Source of the DNA: Eledone cirrhosa
Lineage: Eukaryota
Assembly: GCA_964016885.1 (NCBI GenBank)
Contig: OZ024749.1
Location: 4,960,001-5,024,000, forward strand
Direction: 5' to 3'
Length of the DNA: 64,000 bases
Translations under genes and position numbers: made by a program
Shown here: one piece after another, positions 27,201 to 40,724 of the stretch
Numbering within the stretch: position 1 is the first letter of the stretch
Layout: the number at the start of each line of letters is the position of its first letter
The notes under the pieces: generated by a model
What the model saw: the letters and a program-made list of their open reading frames with translations, nothing else
Told to the model about the DNA's origin: nothing
Database searches by the model: none

Positions 27201-27385
27201 GGGCGGTGAATTGGCAGTATCGGTAGAGGGTCAGACAAGCTTTCCAGCACAGTTACGTCCCTTTACGATCTGAGTTCAAATCCGCTTAGGTTAACTTTGC
27301 CTTTCATCCTTACGAGGTCGATAAAATAAAGTACCAGTAATGTACTGGGTTATTGCTGGCCTTGTGCCAAAAGTAGAAGCAATTA
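27201..27385 (+). mobile_element. SINE family 1, full length
   Basis: A and B boxes; TSD-like ATTATTTTTTAGATGTA on both sides. Confidence 0.92.
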
Positions 27386-27520
27386 TTTTTTAGATGTAGA
27401 CAGGGTACTTATTGGGGAGTGTCTTCCGCAGTAGTCCCGAGTACACCAACACCGAGTGAGTGCAAGTTGGGATTTGGTATTTGAACTCACAAAACCGATA
27501 TGGGGAAAGAATACAACATG

Positions 27521-27689
27521 TACCATATTTCCCAGCGCCGAAGACGCTTCATCCTAAAGAACGCACCCTAATTTTGACAACCAAAAAATTGAAAAGAATA
27601 ATAAACCTTCGGTCTCCATGACTCATGGTATATTTTTGAGACTTATTTTAGGAAAAAAAGTAGCATCTTTGACACTGTGAAATAGGGTA
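27521..27689. mobile_element. Tc1/mariner-type MITE
   Basis: TA-CCATATTTC...GAAATAGGG-TA termini; homologous end at 46760-46870. Confidence 0.6.
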
Positions 27690-28094
27690 ATTTTAGCCGA
27701 GTCCTTAAGAATTCTGCTAATACATCGTCAAGGCAATATTAGTCAGAAATTCGAGGGTAACTTTGCCTTTCATACTTACGAGATCGATAAAAGAAAGTAC
27801 CAGTAATGCACTGCGGTCGATATAATCGACTTTCTCCTCCGACAAAATTGTCAACCGTGTGCCTAAATCAGAAACCAATATTAGCAACACATATTTCTTA
27901 CTGTATCTATTGTGACGTTATGAGCGGGACGAGAAACAGCTGACGAGAGCTCGACGTGATTTGGGCAGTCAACAACTAAAAGGAACTCCACAAATAATTT
28001 TGTCAGACAATATTGCTAAGTCAATTTCTAATTAAAATAATGTACTAATTACTTGGTCGATTTCATATGATCAATTCCCCAAATTATAAGATGT

Positions 28095-28432
28095 GATAAT
28101 AATCATCATCAACGTCATCATCATCATCGCCATCACCGCCATCGTTAGCGTCATCATCATCACCGCCATCGTTACCGTCATCATCATCATCAACGTCATC
28201 GTCATCATCATCGCCGCCGTCGCTAGCGTCATCATCATCAACGTCATCGTCAACGTTATTGTCATCAACATCCTCATCATCATCATTACCATCTTCATTA
28301 TCATCATCATCATTGTCAGAATCGCCATCATTTTTGTCAACATCACCTCCACCATCATCATTATCATCATCATCATTGTCAGAATCGCCATCATTTTTGT
28401 CAACATCACCTCCACCATCATCATCATCATCA
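28095..28432. repeat. (CAT)n-like degenerate trinucleotide repeat with internal ~63-bp duplication
   Basis: Direct reading. Confidence 0.9.
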
Positions 28433-28870
28433 TAGGCCGCAGCTTTAATTAAAGGTATTGTCTATCAAGACGATTAATGTAATCCAGGAAGGGAGATTCT
28501 ATGGAACGACACCCTGTGCTCTTGGTAGAATTCAGGTTTCACCTGAATGACATCCAAACATTGAAAACACAAAAGTATAACACCTTTGTTACTCTAGGTT
28601 TAGCTCTCCATAGAGAGATAGGATGGTCACCACTGAAATGTCCTTAATTCTGATTATTTGGATGTGATCTGGGGCTAAACATTAACAATAACGACATACT
28701 ATTGTCATGTACTATAAATGTCGTATATAACAAATATTCACTTTCTATTGTTTACTCTTGATCCCAAAGCACTGTAATGTTTGGCCTGTATATGTTTTCC
28801 TTCATGAAAAACCTTTCATCCGCATGAAAGAAATCCCAATGTTTGAAATTGATTTGTAAAATAGTGAAGA

Positions 28871-29088
28871 TATTTTGAATACTTTTTGTATACTAGGAAT
28901 GTTTTTCAACAAGCGGACGCGTATGTGTATAGGTGTGTGCGTGTGTGTATGTGCATATGCATACATTTATATGTATGAGTATATACATATAAATGTATGC
29001 AAATGCAAATACACACACGCACACACATATACACATACGCATCCGCTTGTTGAAAAGCATTCCTAGTATAGAAAAAATATTCAAAATA
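28871..29088. repeat. Foldback with ~60-bp inverted arms
   Basis: TATACTAGGAATGTTTTTCAACAAGCGGA vs TCCGCTTGTTGAAAAGCATTCCTAGTATA. Confidence 0.8.
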
Positions 29089-30167
29089 TCTGTTTGCGCG
29101 TTTATATAAATATAAACGCGCAAACAGGCACACTTACAACAATACACACACATAAATTCACACAAAATCACACGCACAAACTCCTACACTCACACACAGC
29201 ATAGCAAATGGAACGCCAGTCGCTGTTTTTGGTATATTTTTTGTAAACCGCCCTCTTGCTTCCTTTTTACACACACATATACATTTAAACAAACACAGGA
29301 ACACAAACATACATTGTTTAATGGACGGATGGACGGAAGTCCCTCAAATGTATATATAGATTTCTCATACCTCAATAAAGATAATGCAACTGATGGAAGT
29401 GTGATTGCACAGAGAAAAACATAGTGTTTCGAAAAGACACCTATACTCACATCAAGGGAACAAACTGGCTGAATTGGTAAAATAAAAGGTTTGGTCTATA
29501 TGTTCGATTCATTGCGCCTTGAATTATTGTCCACGAAGAGGAAGTTTAGGCTGTTCTCATATCCACGACGATTAATAAATTATCGATCTAGGACTAGGCT
29601 TTTACAATGTGTATCCGGTTTTGAATAGATATACCGTGCCCTAGCTTCTCACAAGAAATTGCTAAAATAAATGGTGTCAGAAATGCCACCCAGGCGTAAA
29701 ATATTACCTCAAAAAGAACCATTTGAGGGGTACAAATACTATTAGGGGAACGGCATAGTTGCTTCAATCATTAGCCCCTGAAATTGTTTTGAAACGCTTG
29801 TTATGTTATTGCTGTTCTTGTTGTTGGTCACGTAATATCAGCGATGCTATTTTCACGATATCTATTTCTCTCAGATGTATATGTAAATCAAATGTCCAGC
29901 TTTGTCATATTTAGGATAGTGAGAGCTGCGTTAAGCACGGAAATGTTTGGGGAAGACTCAGCCATTTGCACGTTAATTTGCAAAGATGGAATACCGTTGG
30001 TCGAACGACCAAGTTCTCATCGCTGAAACCGTTGAATTATTTGCCGCGGACGAAAATAGTTAGAAGCTTATATACATTTTTTAATTTTCTATTTTTTACT
30101 TTTTAACATCCCTCCATATCATTCGCCCCCACACACACCTCACTCTTCTTCGAAATTCCTAACCTAA

Positions 30168-30206
30168 ATTTCCTGATGAATAACTTTTATCCGAAACGTT
30201 GAAACT
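30168..30206 (+). ncRNA. Degenerate minimal hammerhead ribozyme
   Basis: TTTC-CTGATGA-ataacttttatcc-GAAA-CG-TT-GAAA; stem II partly lost; ~75 bp upstream of (TA)n. Confidence 0.6.
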
Positions 30207-30280
30207 TCCTCCACTTCCACCAAGCCTGCACCTGATATAACTATTTACAATTGCTTCCCGTGTTTTGTTCCCTCAATTTC

Positions 30281-30401
<121 letters not shown>

Positions 30402-30527
30402 GTAGGAGGTGAGTTTTATTGTAGTACAATAAAGCAATGCAGATATCGGATAAGAAGCACTCTACAGTTTGTAGGACTGGAGTATGCATAATATAAGATC
30501 AAAAGATGGTTAAAGGAGTTCCATGTA

Positions 30528-30594
30528 TTTTATTATGCGCATTTCAAAAACAAACATCATCATGCAATAATATTTGTGTTTTCATCAGATAAAA
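30528..30594 (-). ncRNA. Type-I hammerhead ribozyme
   Basis: rc TTTTAT-CTGATGA-AAACACAAATAT..ATGTTTGTTTTT-GAAA-TGCGCA-TA-ATAAAA. Confidence 0.85.
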
Positions 30595-30956
30595 CAGGAG
30601 AACATGATATGAAGGCTAAAAAACACTTGTGGATAGTGCAGTTTTAAATCTACATATCTAGATTTAAAACTGCACTATCCACAAGTGTTTTTTAGCCTTC
30701 ATATCATGTTCTCCTGTTTTATCTGATGAAAACACAAATATTATTGCATGATGATGTTTGTTTTTAAATCTACATATCTAGATTTAAAACTGCACTATCC
30801 ACAAGTGTTTTTTAGCCTTCATATCATGTTCTCCTGTTTTATCTGATGAAAACACAAATATTATTGTATGATGATGTTTGTTTTTAAATCTACATATCTA
30901 GATTTAAAACTGCACTATCCACAAGTGTTTTTTAGCCTTCATATCATGTTCTCCTG

Positions 30957-31023
30957 TTTTATCTGATGAAAACACAAATATTATTGCATGATGATGTTTG
31001 GTTTTGAAATGCGCATAATAAAA
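30957..31023 (+). ncRNA. Type-I hammerhead ribozyme
   Basis: TTTTAT-CTGATGA-stem II-GAAA-TGCGCA-TA-ATAAAA. Confidence 0.85.
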
Positions 31024-31060
31024 TACATGGAACTCCTTTAACCATCTTTTGATCTTATAT

Positions 31061-31191
<131 letters not shown>

Positions 31192-31299
31192 GTGTGCGTA
31201 TGTCTGTGTGTCTGTGTGTCTGTGTGTGCGTGTGTGTGTAAAGATTAGTTTAATCTGCGGGTTCAATTGGGGGTAACCACAGTCAGTAAGGTACTCAAT

Positions 31300-31505
31300 A
31301 CATAGCAGAGTATAAATATTTAATATAGAAATGGCTTCTACATTCTACATGACTAGAACTATTTCATTCGGGAAAAATCATCAGGCTTCGTAATAATTTC
31401 TCTCGAATGAAACATTTTTAGTCCTGTAGAAGCTCTTCTATATTAAAACATTTATACTCTGCTATGTATTGGGTAGCTTACTTACTGGGAGTACCTCCGA
31501 TTCAA
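31300..31505. mobile_element. Old palindromic cassette with partial HHR
   Basis: Arms CATAGCAGAGTATAAAT / ATTTATACTCTGCTATG; rc of 31345-31385 reads CTGATGA..GAAA-TAG..TAGTC. Confidence 0.55.
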
Positions 31506-31573
31506 CCCGGAATAATTTATATATACATTGAGTTCTTCATGCAGACTAGACCCCACAACTTACCGTGGATATT

Positions 31574-31640
<67 letters not shown>

Positions 31641-31859
31641 AGTAATTATGTGAGTGTGTGCTTGTGTGTGTGTTCGAAACGTGAATGGAATGTGGGTATT
31701 ATCGTTGATAGAATTCCTGTTTAGGTGATGCTACGCCATTTTTATGTTTACTGCCTCAATCCCAGGTGTTGATCGAACATATTATATTGAATAGAATGTC
31801 ACAAAACAGCTACCGCTTCCGCAATACATATAATAGGAACCATTGACATATATATATAT

Positions 31860-31890
<31 letters not shown>

Positions 31891-31932
31891 CACACATATC
31901 TATCTATCTATCTATATATAAATAAATATATG

Positions 31933-32017
<85 letters not shown>

Positions 32018-32042
32018 ACACACACACACACACATACACACA

Positions 32043-32075
<33 letters not shown>

Positions 32076-32177
32076 ATATTTTCTTTTCGTCGCCATTTTA
32101 CAGGCAAGTCATGTAGATTTAACAATCCAATCTCCTGATTATATTGTTTGGACTGCTTGTAAAAATGCATACATAAA

Positions 32178-32272
32178 TACTACTACTACTACCACCATTA
32201 CTACTACTACATTACCACTACTACTACTAACTACATTACTACTACTAACGACATTACTACTACTAACTCCAT

Positions 32273-32309
<37 letters not shown>

Positions 32310-32400
32310 GGCACCATTACTACTAATACTACTACCCTAACTACAACTACTACTACTACTACTAATACTACTACTCATGCTTCTACGACTATTACTACTA
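32178..32400. repeat. (CTA)n microsatellite
   Basis: Direct reading. Confidence 0.92.
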
Positions 32401-32792
32401 AAGCTACTTTTAATAATAAAAATGGTGATGATGATAGAAAACACTATATCAACAAGAAGAAGAGGAGGTAGATAAAGGATACGAAGGAAGGGGCAGAAGA
32501 AAAACGGGGTGGTGTCGGAGGAAAGAAGGAAAAACGGGAGGGAAAAAAGAAAAAGGAAGAAAAGAAGATTAAAAGTAGAAAGCGACGGGAAAGAAGAAGT
32601 TTAAAGGGGAGAAGGAAAAGGAAAAGAATTAGGAAAAGAAACTGCTAGTACTTAATGAAATATTTCTGCGTAACCTCACAGATTCGCATCTGAAATACTC
32701 CTAAGCTGCATGCGACATTATGTAGTGTTACACTAATAATATTAACACTAATAACAACAATAATAATATTAATCATATTAATAATAATAATG

Positions 32793-32850
<58 letters not shown>

Positions 32851-33457
32851 CAATAACGGCAACAACAACAACAACAATAATAATAATGGTAATAAAAATA
32901 TTGGTAAAAATGTTGCTAGCAAAAAAAAAAACTATATTGAAAAATAAAATAGATGTAACAGACAATTGAAGGAAAATTGTTAATTCTAGGAGAGCAGCGA
33001 GCGGCTAAAAGGAATATTACTATTCTAAATGAATCCAGAACGAAACAATCGGAACTGGTCCCCGTTTTTATGTTCTTTTGTTTTCTTTATTCCGCGGAGA
33101 TGATATTCTATGAGACAAGCCGAGTTGAATGTGAACATTTGCTATTCACTATCCATCCGTTTTCCTCACAAATGGAGATATTAATTTTTTTTCCCATGTT
33201 TTGTTTTAATTTTTATTCTTGTTTTATTTGTTCGACCACTTCCGCCCCTCGCCCTCTCTTGTTGTTGTCGTTTCTATCGTTTTCTTTTTTTTTTCTATTA
33301 CATTTTTGTTTATTTATTTGCTTGTTTATGAAGATATTCTATATAAGTTGCGGCAATGGTGGACTGGTTACCAATTTCTCTTAGTAACTAGGTGCTTTCT
33401 GGTTCGTTTGGAGACATAATGTTGCGCTTGACACCATGTTGTAAGACGCCTCCACTG

Positions 33458-33512
<55 letters not shown>

Positions 33513-33516
33513 GTAT

Positions 33517-33555
<39 letters not shown>

Positions 33556-33623
33556 AGTGTGTTTGTATATATATCTGTATATATATATATGTGTGTGTGT
33601 GTATATATATCTATATATATATA

Positions 33624-33656
<33 letters not shown>

Positions 33657-33851
33657 TTACATATATATATATGTATGTGTGTATATATATATAGAGAGAG
33701 AGAGATTTTGAGTTTATGTTGGTTGTATATCAACACCTCAGAATGCAGGCTGGAGCACTCGACGAAGTGCGCAGGTTGGTTTGGTTACTCCGGAGTAGTG
33801 TAAAATAAAGTTAAATAAAAGTCAAATGATTAAAATTTAGCTTCGTTTATT

Positions 33852-33906
33852 ACTGCTATGTATATTTCAGTGACAGCCATCTTTGGCTGTGACCTCTTCA
33901 GGCAGT
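33852..33906 (-). ncRNA. Type-I hammerhead ribozyme
   Basis: rc ACTGC-CTGAAGA-stem II-GAAA-TATACA-TA-GCAGT. Confidence 0.8.
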
Positions 33907-33983
33907 TTGAATTAGTATGGTATAGACAAGTACATATGTTGTTTAAAACAACATATGTACTTGTCTATACCATACTAATTCAA

Positions 33984-34038
33984 ACTGCCTGAAGAGGTCA
34001 CAGCCAAAGATGGCTGTCACTGAAATATACATAGCAGT
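33984..34038 (+). ncRNA. Type-I hammerhead ribozyme
   Basis: ACTGC-CTGAAGA-GGTcACAGCCA..TGGCTGTcACT-GAAA-TATACA-TA-GCAGT. Confidence 0.8.
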
Positions 34039-34082
34039 AATAAACGAAGCTAAATTTTAATCATTTGACTTTTATTTAACTT

Positions 34083-34128
<46 letters not shown>

Positions 34129-34329
34129 GTATGTGTATATATATATATGTATACCTATATATATATGTATGTGTATATATATATATATAAATACCTATAT
34201 ATATATATGTATGTGTATATATATATATAAATACCTATATATATATATGTATGTATATATATATATATGTATGTATATATATATATATGTATGTATATAT
34301 ATATATATGTATGTATATATATATATATG

Positions 34330-34372
<43 letters not shown>

Positions 34373-34398
34373 ATATATATATATATGTATATATTTAT

Positions 34399-34983
34399 GT
34401 CAGGTCACCAGTTGGTGCTACTGGTAACATGTATCCCAGTACAACCTGTCTCATGGTCGGGTCGTTGGCGACTAAACTGGCAACCCCACCAAGGTTTCTT
34501 GGTGAGGAGGGTGACTTTGGACATCCTGCAGGACTAAAAACAAAACCTGTCAAAGAGTCAATGGCCATCCAAAATCACCGGGAGAGATGACCCCTTAGCC
34601 TTTGTAAAGGCAGAATTCTAGGAGAAGGAAAACTCTGATATAACACCTGCAACCCTGATGGTATCCAATGATGTTGACTTGTTCTTCTTTTTGGTAAATA
34701 TCATCTTGGTTCAGAGAGTGGGACTGGCTTTGTGCAGTGCCTTTGCTCACTATAAAAGCTTCACGACACAGGCATTGCTTTATATCTGGAGATCTCTCTG
34801 CACTTGTCGTCACATGGAACCATGGGCCCAGCACTATGTGTCAATAATTGTCACAGTGTTTGTACCAGAGTTTTCAAGTAGCTAGCTGGACTAAAATGTC
34901 ACACTCGTTCAGCGCATCGGTAGGAGTTCTCCTACATGGATATAAAGTAGTGGCCGTACTCGAAAACGAGTTGGCAGCCACTA
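34399..34983 (+). mobile_element. Internally deleted (bipartite) RTE derivative in (TATG/TA)n
   Basis: 3' part [19 protein letters not shown] and terminus GGCCGTACTCGAAAACGAGTTGGCAGCCA match the 17110 LINE 3' end; 5' part is non-coding and structured. Confidence 0.65.
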
Positions 34984-35059
34984 TATGTATATATATATAT
35001 GTATGTGTGTGTATATATATATATCTATATATAAGTATGTGTGTTTGTATATATATATA

Positions 35060-35142
<83 letters not shown>

Positions 35143-35247
35143 TTGTATATATATATCTATACATATATGTGTATGTGTGGGTATATATATATATATATGT
35201 ATGTATGTTTGTATATCTATATCTATACATATATGTGTATGTGTGGG

Positions 35248-35280
<33 letters not shown>

Positions 35281-35416
35281 TTGTATATATATATATATAC
35301 ATATATATGTATGTGTGTTTGTATATATATATCTATACATATATATGTATGTGCGTTTGTATACATATCTATATATATATGTATGTGTGTATGTATATAT
35401 ATATATCTATATATAT

Positions 35417-35451
<35 letters not shown>

Positions 35452-35465
35452 AGTATGTGTGTGTA

Positions 35466-35498
<33 letters not shown>

Positions 35499-35858
35499 GC
35501 ATGTGTGTGTATATATATATTTATATATATATGTGTTTATGTGTGTATATTTATATCTATCTATATATGTATGTGTGTGTATATATATATCTATATGTAT
35601 GTATGTGTGTGTATATACATATATATATATATACATGTATGTATGTGTGTTCGTATATATCTATATATATATGTGTGTGTGTCTGTGTATATATATATAT
35701 ATATCTATATATAAATATCTGTGATTGTATATATATCTATATATATGTGTGTGTGTATAGATATATATAGCTATCTATATATATGTATGTGTGTGTATAT
35801 TTATATCTATATGTATATGTATGTGTGTGTGTATATATATATATTTATATATATATAT

Positions 35859-35901
<43 letters not shown>

Positions 35902-35964
35902 TATGTATATATATCTATATATAAGTATGTGTATATATATATATATCTATATACATCTATATAT

Positions 35965-35997
<33 letters not shown>

Positions 35998-36035
35998 GTA
36001 TGTGTATGTATATATAACTATATGTATGTATGTGT
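34984..36035. repeat. Compound (TA)/(TG) microsatellite
   Basis: Direct reading. Confidence 0.92.
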
Positions 36036-36137
36036 GTGAACTAATGTACGACACCAGAACATATATATTACGTATGATATTTGTGTTTCTCAGTAGAAAA
36101 GCAAAATGGGGGTTTATACAGAACATCAAGAGTACAA

Positions 36138-36193
<56 letters not shown>

Positions 36194-36388
36194 GAATGTA
36201 TATATATATATATGTATGTACGTATACATACCTATATTTAGGTATCACCCATATTTTCCATTTATCGTTTTCGCTACGCCCGGCCGACTAACTCACTCAA
36301 TATGCAAATGCAAATTAGGCTGCTCAGCTTTAATATGCATAAGATAAGTATATACTTTCAAACGTTCAATCAACTGACAGGAAGGTAT

Positions 36389-36432
36389 ACGATGCTGACG
36401 ATAGCTAATATGCTTGAAACTAGATTATCGTT
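36389..36432 (+). ncRNA. Degenerate hammerhead (family of 11895)
   Basis: ACGATG-CTGACGA-tAGC..GCTt-GAAA-CTAG-AT-TATCGT; cleavage-site residues altered. Confidence 0.6.
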
Positions 36433-36565
36433 CCTTTGACAGTGGGCAACGATGGTTGCCGAACACTATTCGGCTTAATTCGGGCTGTTTGTTTACAAAC
36501 TAACCGAACATTATAATAAATGTTCGGTAAACCCATACGTACATATATAAATTTCATTCTTTTCC

Positions 36566-36606
<41 letters not shown>

Positions 36607-37204
36607 GAGAGAGAGATCCATATATTGTTTGAAAAACAATAGTTTGTACAGAGAAGATGCACATAGGAAAATTAGGTACTTCAAAATGGTAAAAGTTCTT
36701 ATTTCCATATTGCGTTATTCCATTATTCTAGGAACCATAACTTAAAATAGATCTAAGCATTCGATCATTGATCACCAACTATCGGTCTTGGTAAAGTTAA
36801 GTGAGACACCAATCAATCATCAGAGGGATTTACGTCTTTAATAAAGTTGCAATATAGTATAGAGTGTAAAATACTTATCAATATCTGGCAGGATCTACGA
36901 CCTATGTTCACACGATAGACAGCAAGGTGTCATACTTTATAGACATATCTCTCTAAATTGGGATTTTTTTCTATCTACATTGGAAGAATAAACAATGGTG
37001 TTGACCTCAATTAAATTTGAAATTGTATTATTTAATGTTTCAAAGAAGTGTATTTACCCATCACAGTGAAAATTTACGTAATGCCGATATGAATCAAAGA
37101 TTATAGAAATATATACAACTTCTTTAAAACCTAATGTGTTGCAGTCATTGAAAATGTCGGACTTTAAATACAAATATAACTACTCCGAATTATGGCGGCT
37201 CAGA

Positions 37205-37270
<66 letters not shown>

Positions 37271-38945
37271 CAGAAAAACGAGAAAGTTCCGTTTACACGT
37301 ATATTTCTTGTGTATCGATATCTTAAGCAGATGATTGGCTCAAGGTCACCCATAGGAGTTAGGCACCCGACTCCATTATCGATCTACTTTTCAGACTGGT
37401 GATGTGAGAAAATATATAATGTATATAGTGTATTTATATATTTATGATATATATTTATACAGAAATTATACTGTTTATAGTGACAGCGGCAAAATAATAC
37501 GAGTAATTGCAGACACCGTGTGGAAAATATTCCTAGAACTAGTTTGAATTTTTAAGGAGTCTTCTTTAATTATGACTGAACCAGATCTACATTATACCTG
37601 TATATTTTGTTTTTGTTATCTATTTTTTTCTCCACCATGTTATTTGTATTTTAGATTTTGTTTCGTTATATTCTTTTTTTTTCTTTTGTTTTACCTTGTT
37701 GTTGTTTTGTTTGTCTCCGAGCAAGAATAAAGTGTTATGAGATGAACATGTGGAGATAATGGAAGCAAATGAAGCCATACTGATGATATTAGGTCGGATA
37801 ATCGGAGCAGAATTAGAGATAAGCGAAGGGAAAGACAGAGAGAGAGAGTTGTGGTGAGGAACAAGTGCCCACACACAAAAACACCTCGTCTCCACACTTA
37901 ATTAAATCAAGAAAATCTCATTAAAATTAGAATTTTGGTCAGCAGATAAAACGAACCAGTTAAACCAATTTTTGTTGTTGTTAATAATATTGGTTCATCC
38001 CCATAAACATAGAGTTGATAAGGTCTTAGGGCTTCCCAATTAAAGAGTTGGCAGTTCGCACATCCTTGCAGCTTCTTTCTGGAAATCTGTTTTGTTTTTC
38101 TATTGAATTATTATGCGAGACACTTATTTATTTTCCTGTGGTTTGTATTACAGAAATTAGCAGACGACAGGGCCTATCTATTTGACGAAAAGTCGCCCTC
38201 ATAATACAAGCCTCGAGATTAACTGACTGGACTTCAAACCACCCAATCAGATTGCGTCTCGCATTGCTCGCACAGTGGACCTTTCAATGAGAGCTTACAT
38301 GATAGTTTGCTGTGTTCTGTGATTTAAAATCGATTCAATACAAGAGCCACCAACCAATGAAGTTGCGTGATTTATTGGTTGCCATATTCGGATCCTGGTC
38401 GTAACAACACGAATTTTACTACCAGTGACGTATTCATTCTTTGAAAAAATCATTTAACTTTAAGTTCCGCCAGTTCCAAAAGCACACAACAATTAGTTCT
38501 ACCTGTAATTCAATAGAACAGCTTTATTACACACACTATCATGCTGAATACTCTTGAGAACACCATTAATAATACATGTGTTAATGGTATTCTCAACCAC
38601 ATGCATGTTATTTTAAAAAACAGGCTGTTCCGTTGTTTTAACAATTGCATAATGCATCATACACTCGCCCACCGCAAATCCGGAACTCTAAAATAAAAAT
38701 CTTTCTAAAGCCCTGAACACACAAAATATTAAAAAAAAACACCAAATTACCAAACTCAGAATACCCAGACTACAAAGTGCAAATTATTCCATTAAATTGT
38801 GTTAAGTGATGCCTTAGCATTATAGAACTCCTACTGTACATATATTGGCCACATAACCGCTCTGGGGGTACCTTATTTTCTGCATAACCTCTCAATGGCA
38901 GAGAGGCATAAAAGTCTAAAGATTACATCATTTGTTCCCCTCCAT

Positions 38946-39258
38946 CAGAGTCGTGCAATAGGAGGCCCACGGGCCACAATCCGGTCCGTCAGACCAGTCA
39001 GAGTAGCCCGCGATGACTCTTTTTAAATTTTACCTAGTAGGCTTATTTAGAATTTTTTTCGTAATCGTAATACTTCTGTAAATTGACCTATACTAAAGGG
39101 CTCCAACTCATAGGGTTATGTGTGTTATAATTTCCCAGCTCCATGTCATGGAAAGTTGTGATGAATCTTTGAAATAGTGCTTAATAAATATTAATGGCCT
39201 TAATAGTTGTTCCAATGTTCAAAAGTGGCCCACCAATGGAATATGTTGCACACCCCTA
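38946..39258. mobile_element. hAT (Charlie-like) non-autonomous element
   Basis: CAGAGTCGTGCAA..GGCCCACGGGCCACAATCCGGTCC left end; TTGCACACCCCT right end. Confidence 0.65.
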
Positions 39259-39459
39259 ACCTATATCTATAGCTCCCAGGATTATCACGTCCAAGAACCG
39301 TTATATACTAAAATTAATTCATCCACGCTATTTCCAACCACACACACAACCACAAATATAAATATAGTAGTGATAAATGTGTGGACGTTAGAAACACGTT
39401 CTATAGAGATAACGTTACATAAGGAAAACTATTTAAAAAAGGGTTTACAAAGCGGAACT

Positions 39460-39575
39460 GATAAGATGAGAAATTTATTTGCTTTAACATATGTTTCTCT
39501 CTCTATATAAGTAAAGTATATATATATGTGTGTGTGTGTGTGTGCATTAGGGATTTTACAACTTGTTATAAAATC

Positions 39576-39631
<56 letters not shown>

Positions 39632-39785
39632 AGGATCTTTATAACAAGTTGTAAAGATCCATTATATATATAAAAGGTATTTGTAACACGTTGTAAATAT
39701 CCTTAAAATATATATATATATATACTTTACTTATATATAGAGAGAAAAATATGTTAAAGCAAATAAATTTCTCATCTCATATCGC
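39460..39785. repeat. Inverted duplication centred on a (TA)n run
   Basis: GATGAGAAATTTATTTGCTTTAACATAT vs ATATGTTAAAGCAAATAAATTTCTCATC; inner TTACAACTTGTTATAAA arms. Confidence 0.8.
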
Positions 39786-40141
39786 CGACGTGTTTGCAAT
39801 ACTTGCAAAATATATATACATTTATATAATATACAGTAAGCAGACATTTTATAACAGTGAACCATGATTAAACACCTCCAGAACGTTGCCAAGGTTTCAA
39901 GGGAAATATAAGAAAACAAACAAATAGGTTATAGAGAACAGTCGGCCACGTACTAAATACAGAAATGAGAGACATGTAAACGCTGTACGACGCTAAACAC
40001 TTCACAAAACTTTACACGTTACATATGCAAAAATATGTTCAAGACACATTACAGGGACATACGCATCTGTTATAGTTATATATGTATGCATATATGAAAG
40101 TATATATGTATGTATATACACACAACACACTCTCACACACA

Positions 40142-40220
<79 letters not shown>

Positions 40221-40221
<1 letters not shown>

Positions 40222-40662
40222 ACGAAGGAAATGTGGTAAGGAACCAAGTGGACCATAACGCACCAAAGTACTCAGTACTTAGGGTAGTAGAGTGGGTAAT
40301 AGGAATGAGTAGGACCCGACGGCTGAGCTCAAGCCGTTTCGACGGCTAATTCTGGAAAAAATTTAGTCCAGAATTAGCCGTCGGAACGGCTTGAGCTCAG
40401 CCGTCGGGGTCCTACTCGTTCCTATATATATATATAACGAAGGAGTTGTGGTAAGGAACCAGATAGACCATAACGCACATGAGTACTCAATACTTAGGGT
40501 AGTAGAGTGGGTAATAGGAAAAAGTATGTCCCCGACGGCATAGCTCAAGGCGTTTCAACGGCTATTTCTGGAATCCAGAAAAAGAGTGTGGACGTTATTT
40601 CTGATCCAGAAATAGCCGTCGAAACGGCTTGAGCTCTGCCATCGGGGTTATACTTATTCCTA
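40221..40662 (-). mobile_element. Two tandem family-A palindromic cassettes separated by a short (TA)n
   Basis: 40221-40424 and 40436-40662, each homologous to 2975-3168. Confidence 0.8.
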
Positions 40663-40666
40663 TATA

Positions 40667-40724
<58 letters not shown>

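Larger units (their letters stand above)
33705..34090. mobile_element. Palindromic HHR cassette (family of 23140) in (TA)n
   Basis: ~145-bp near-perfect arms about ~33945; left arm ~95 bp longer. Confidence 0.85.

Noticed and set aside
28071-28452. Met/Ile-rich membrane protein ORFs
   Set aside because: Trinucleotide (CAT)n repeat
38553-38597. 16-bp hairpin preceded by CTGAATA
   Set aside because: Core deviates and there is no GAAA; not an HHR
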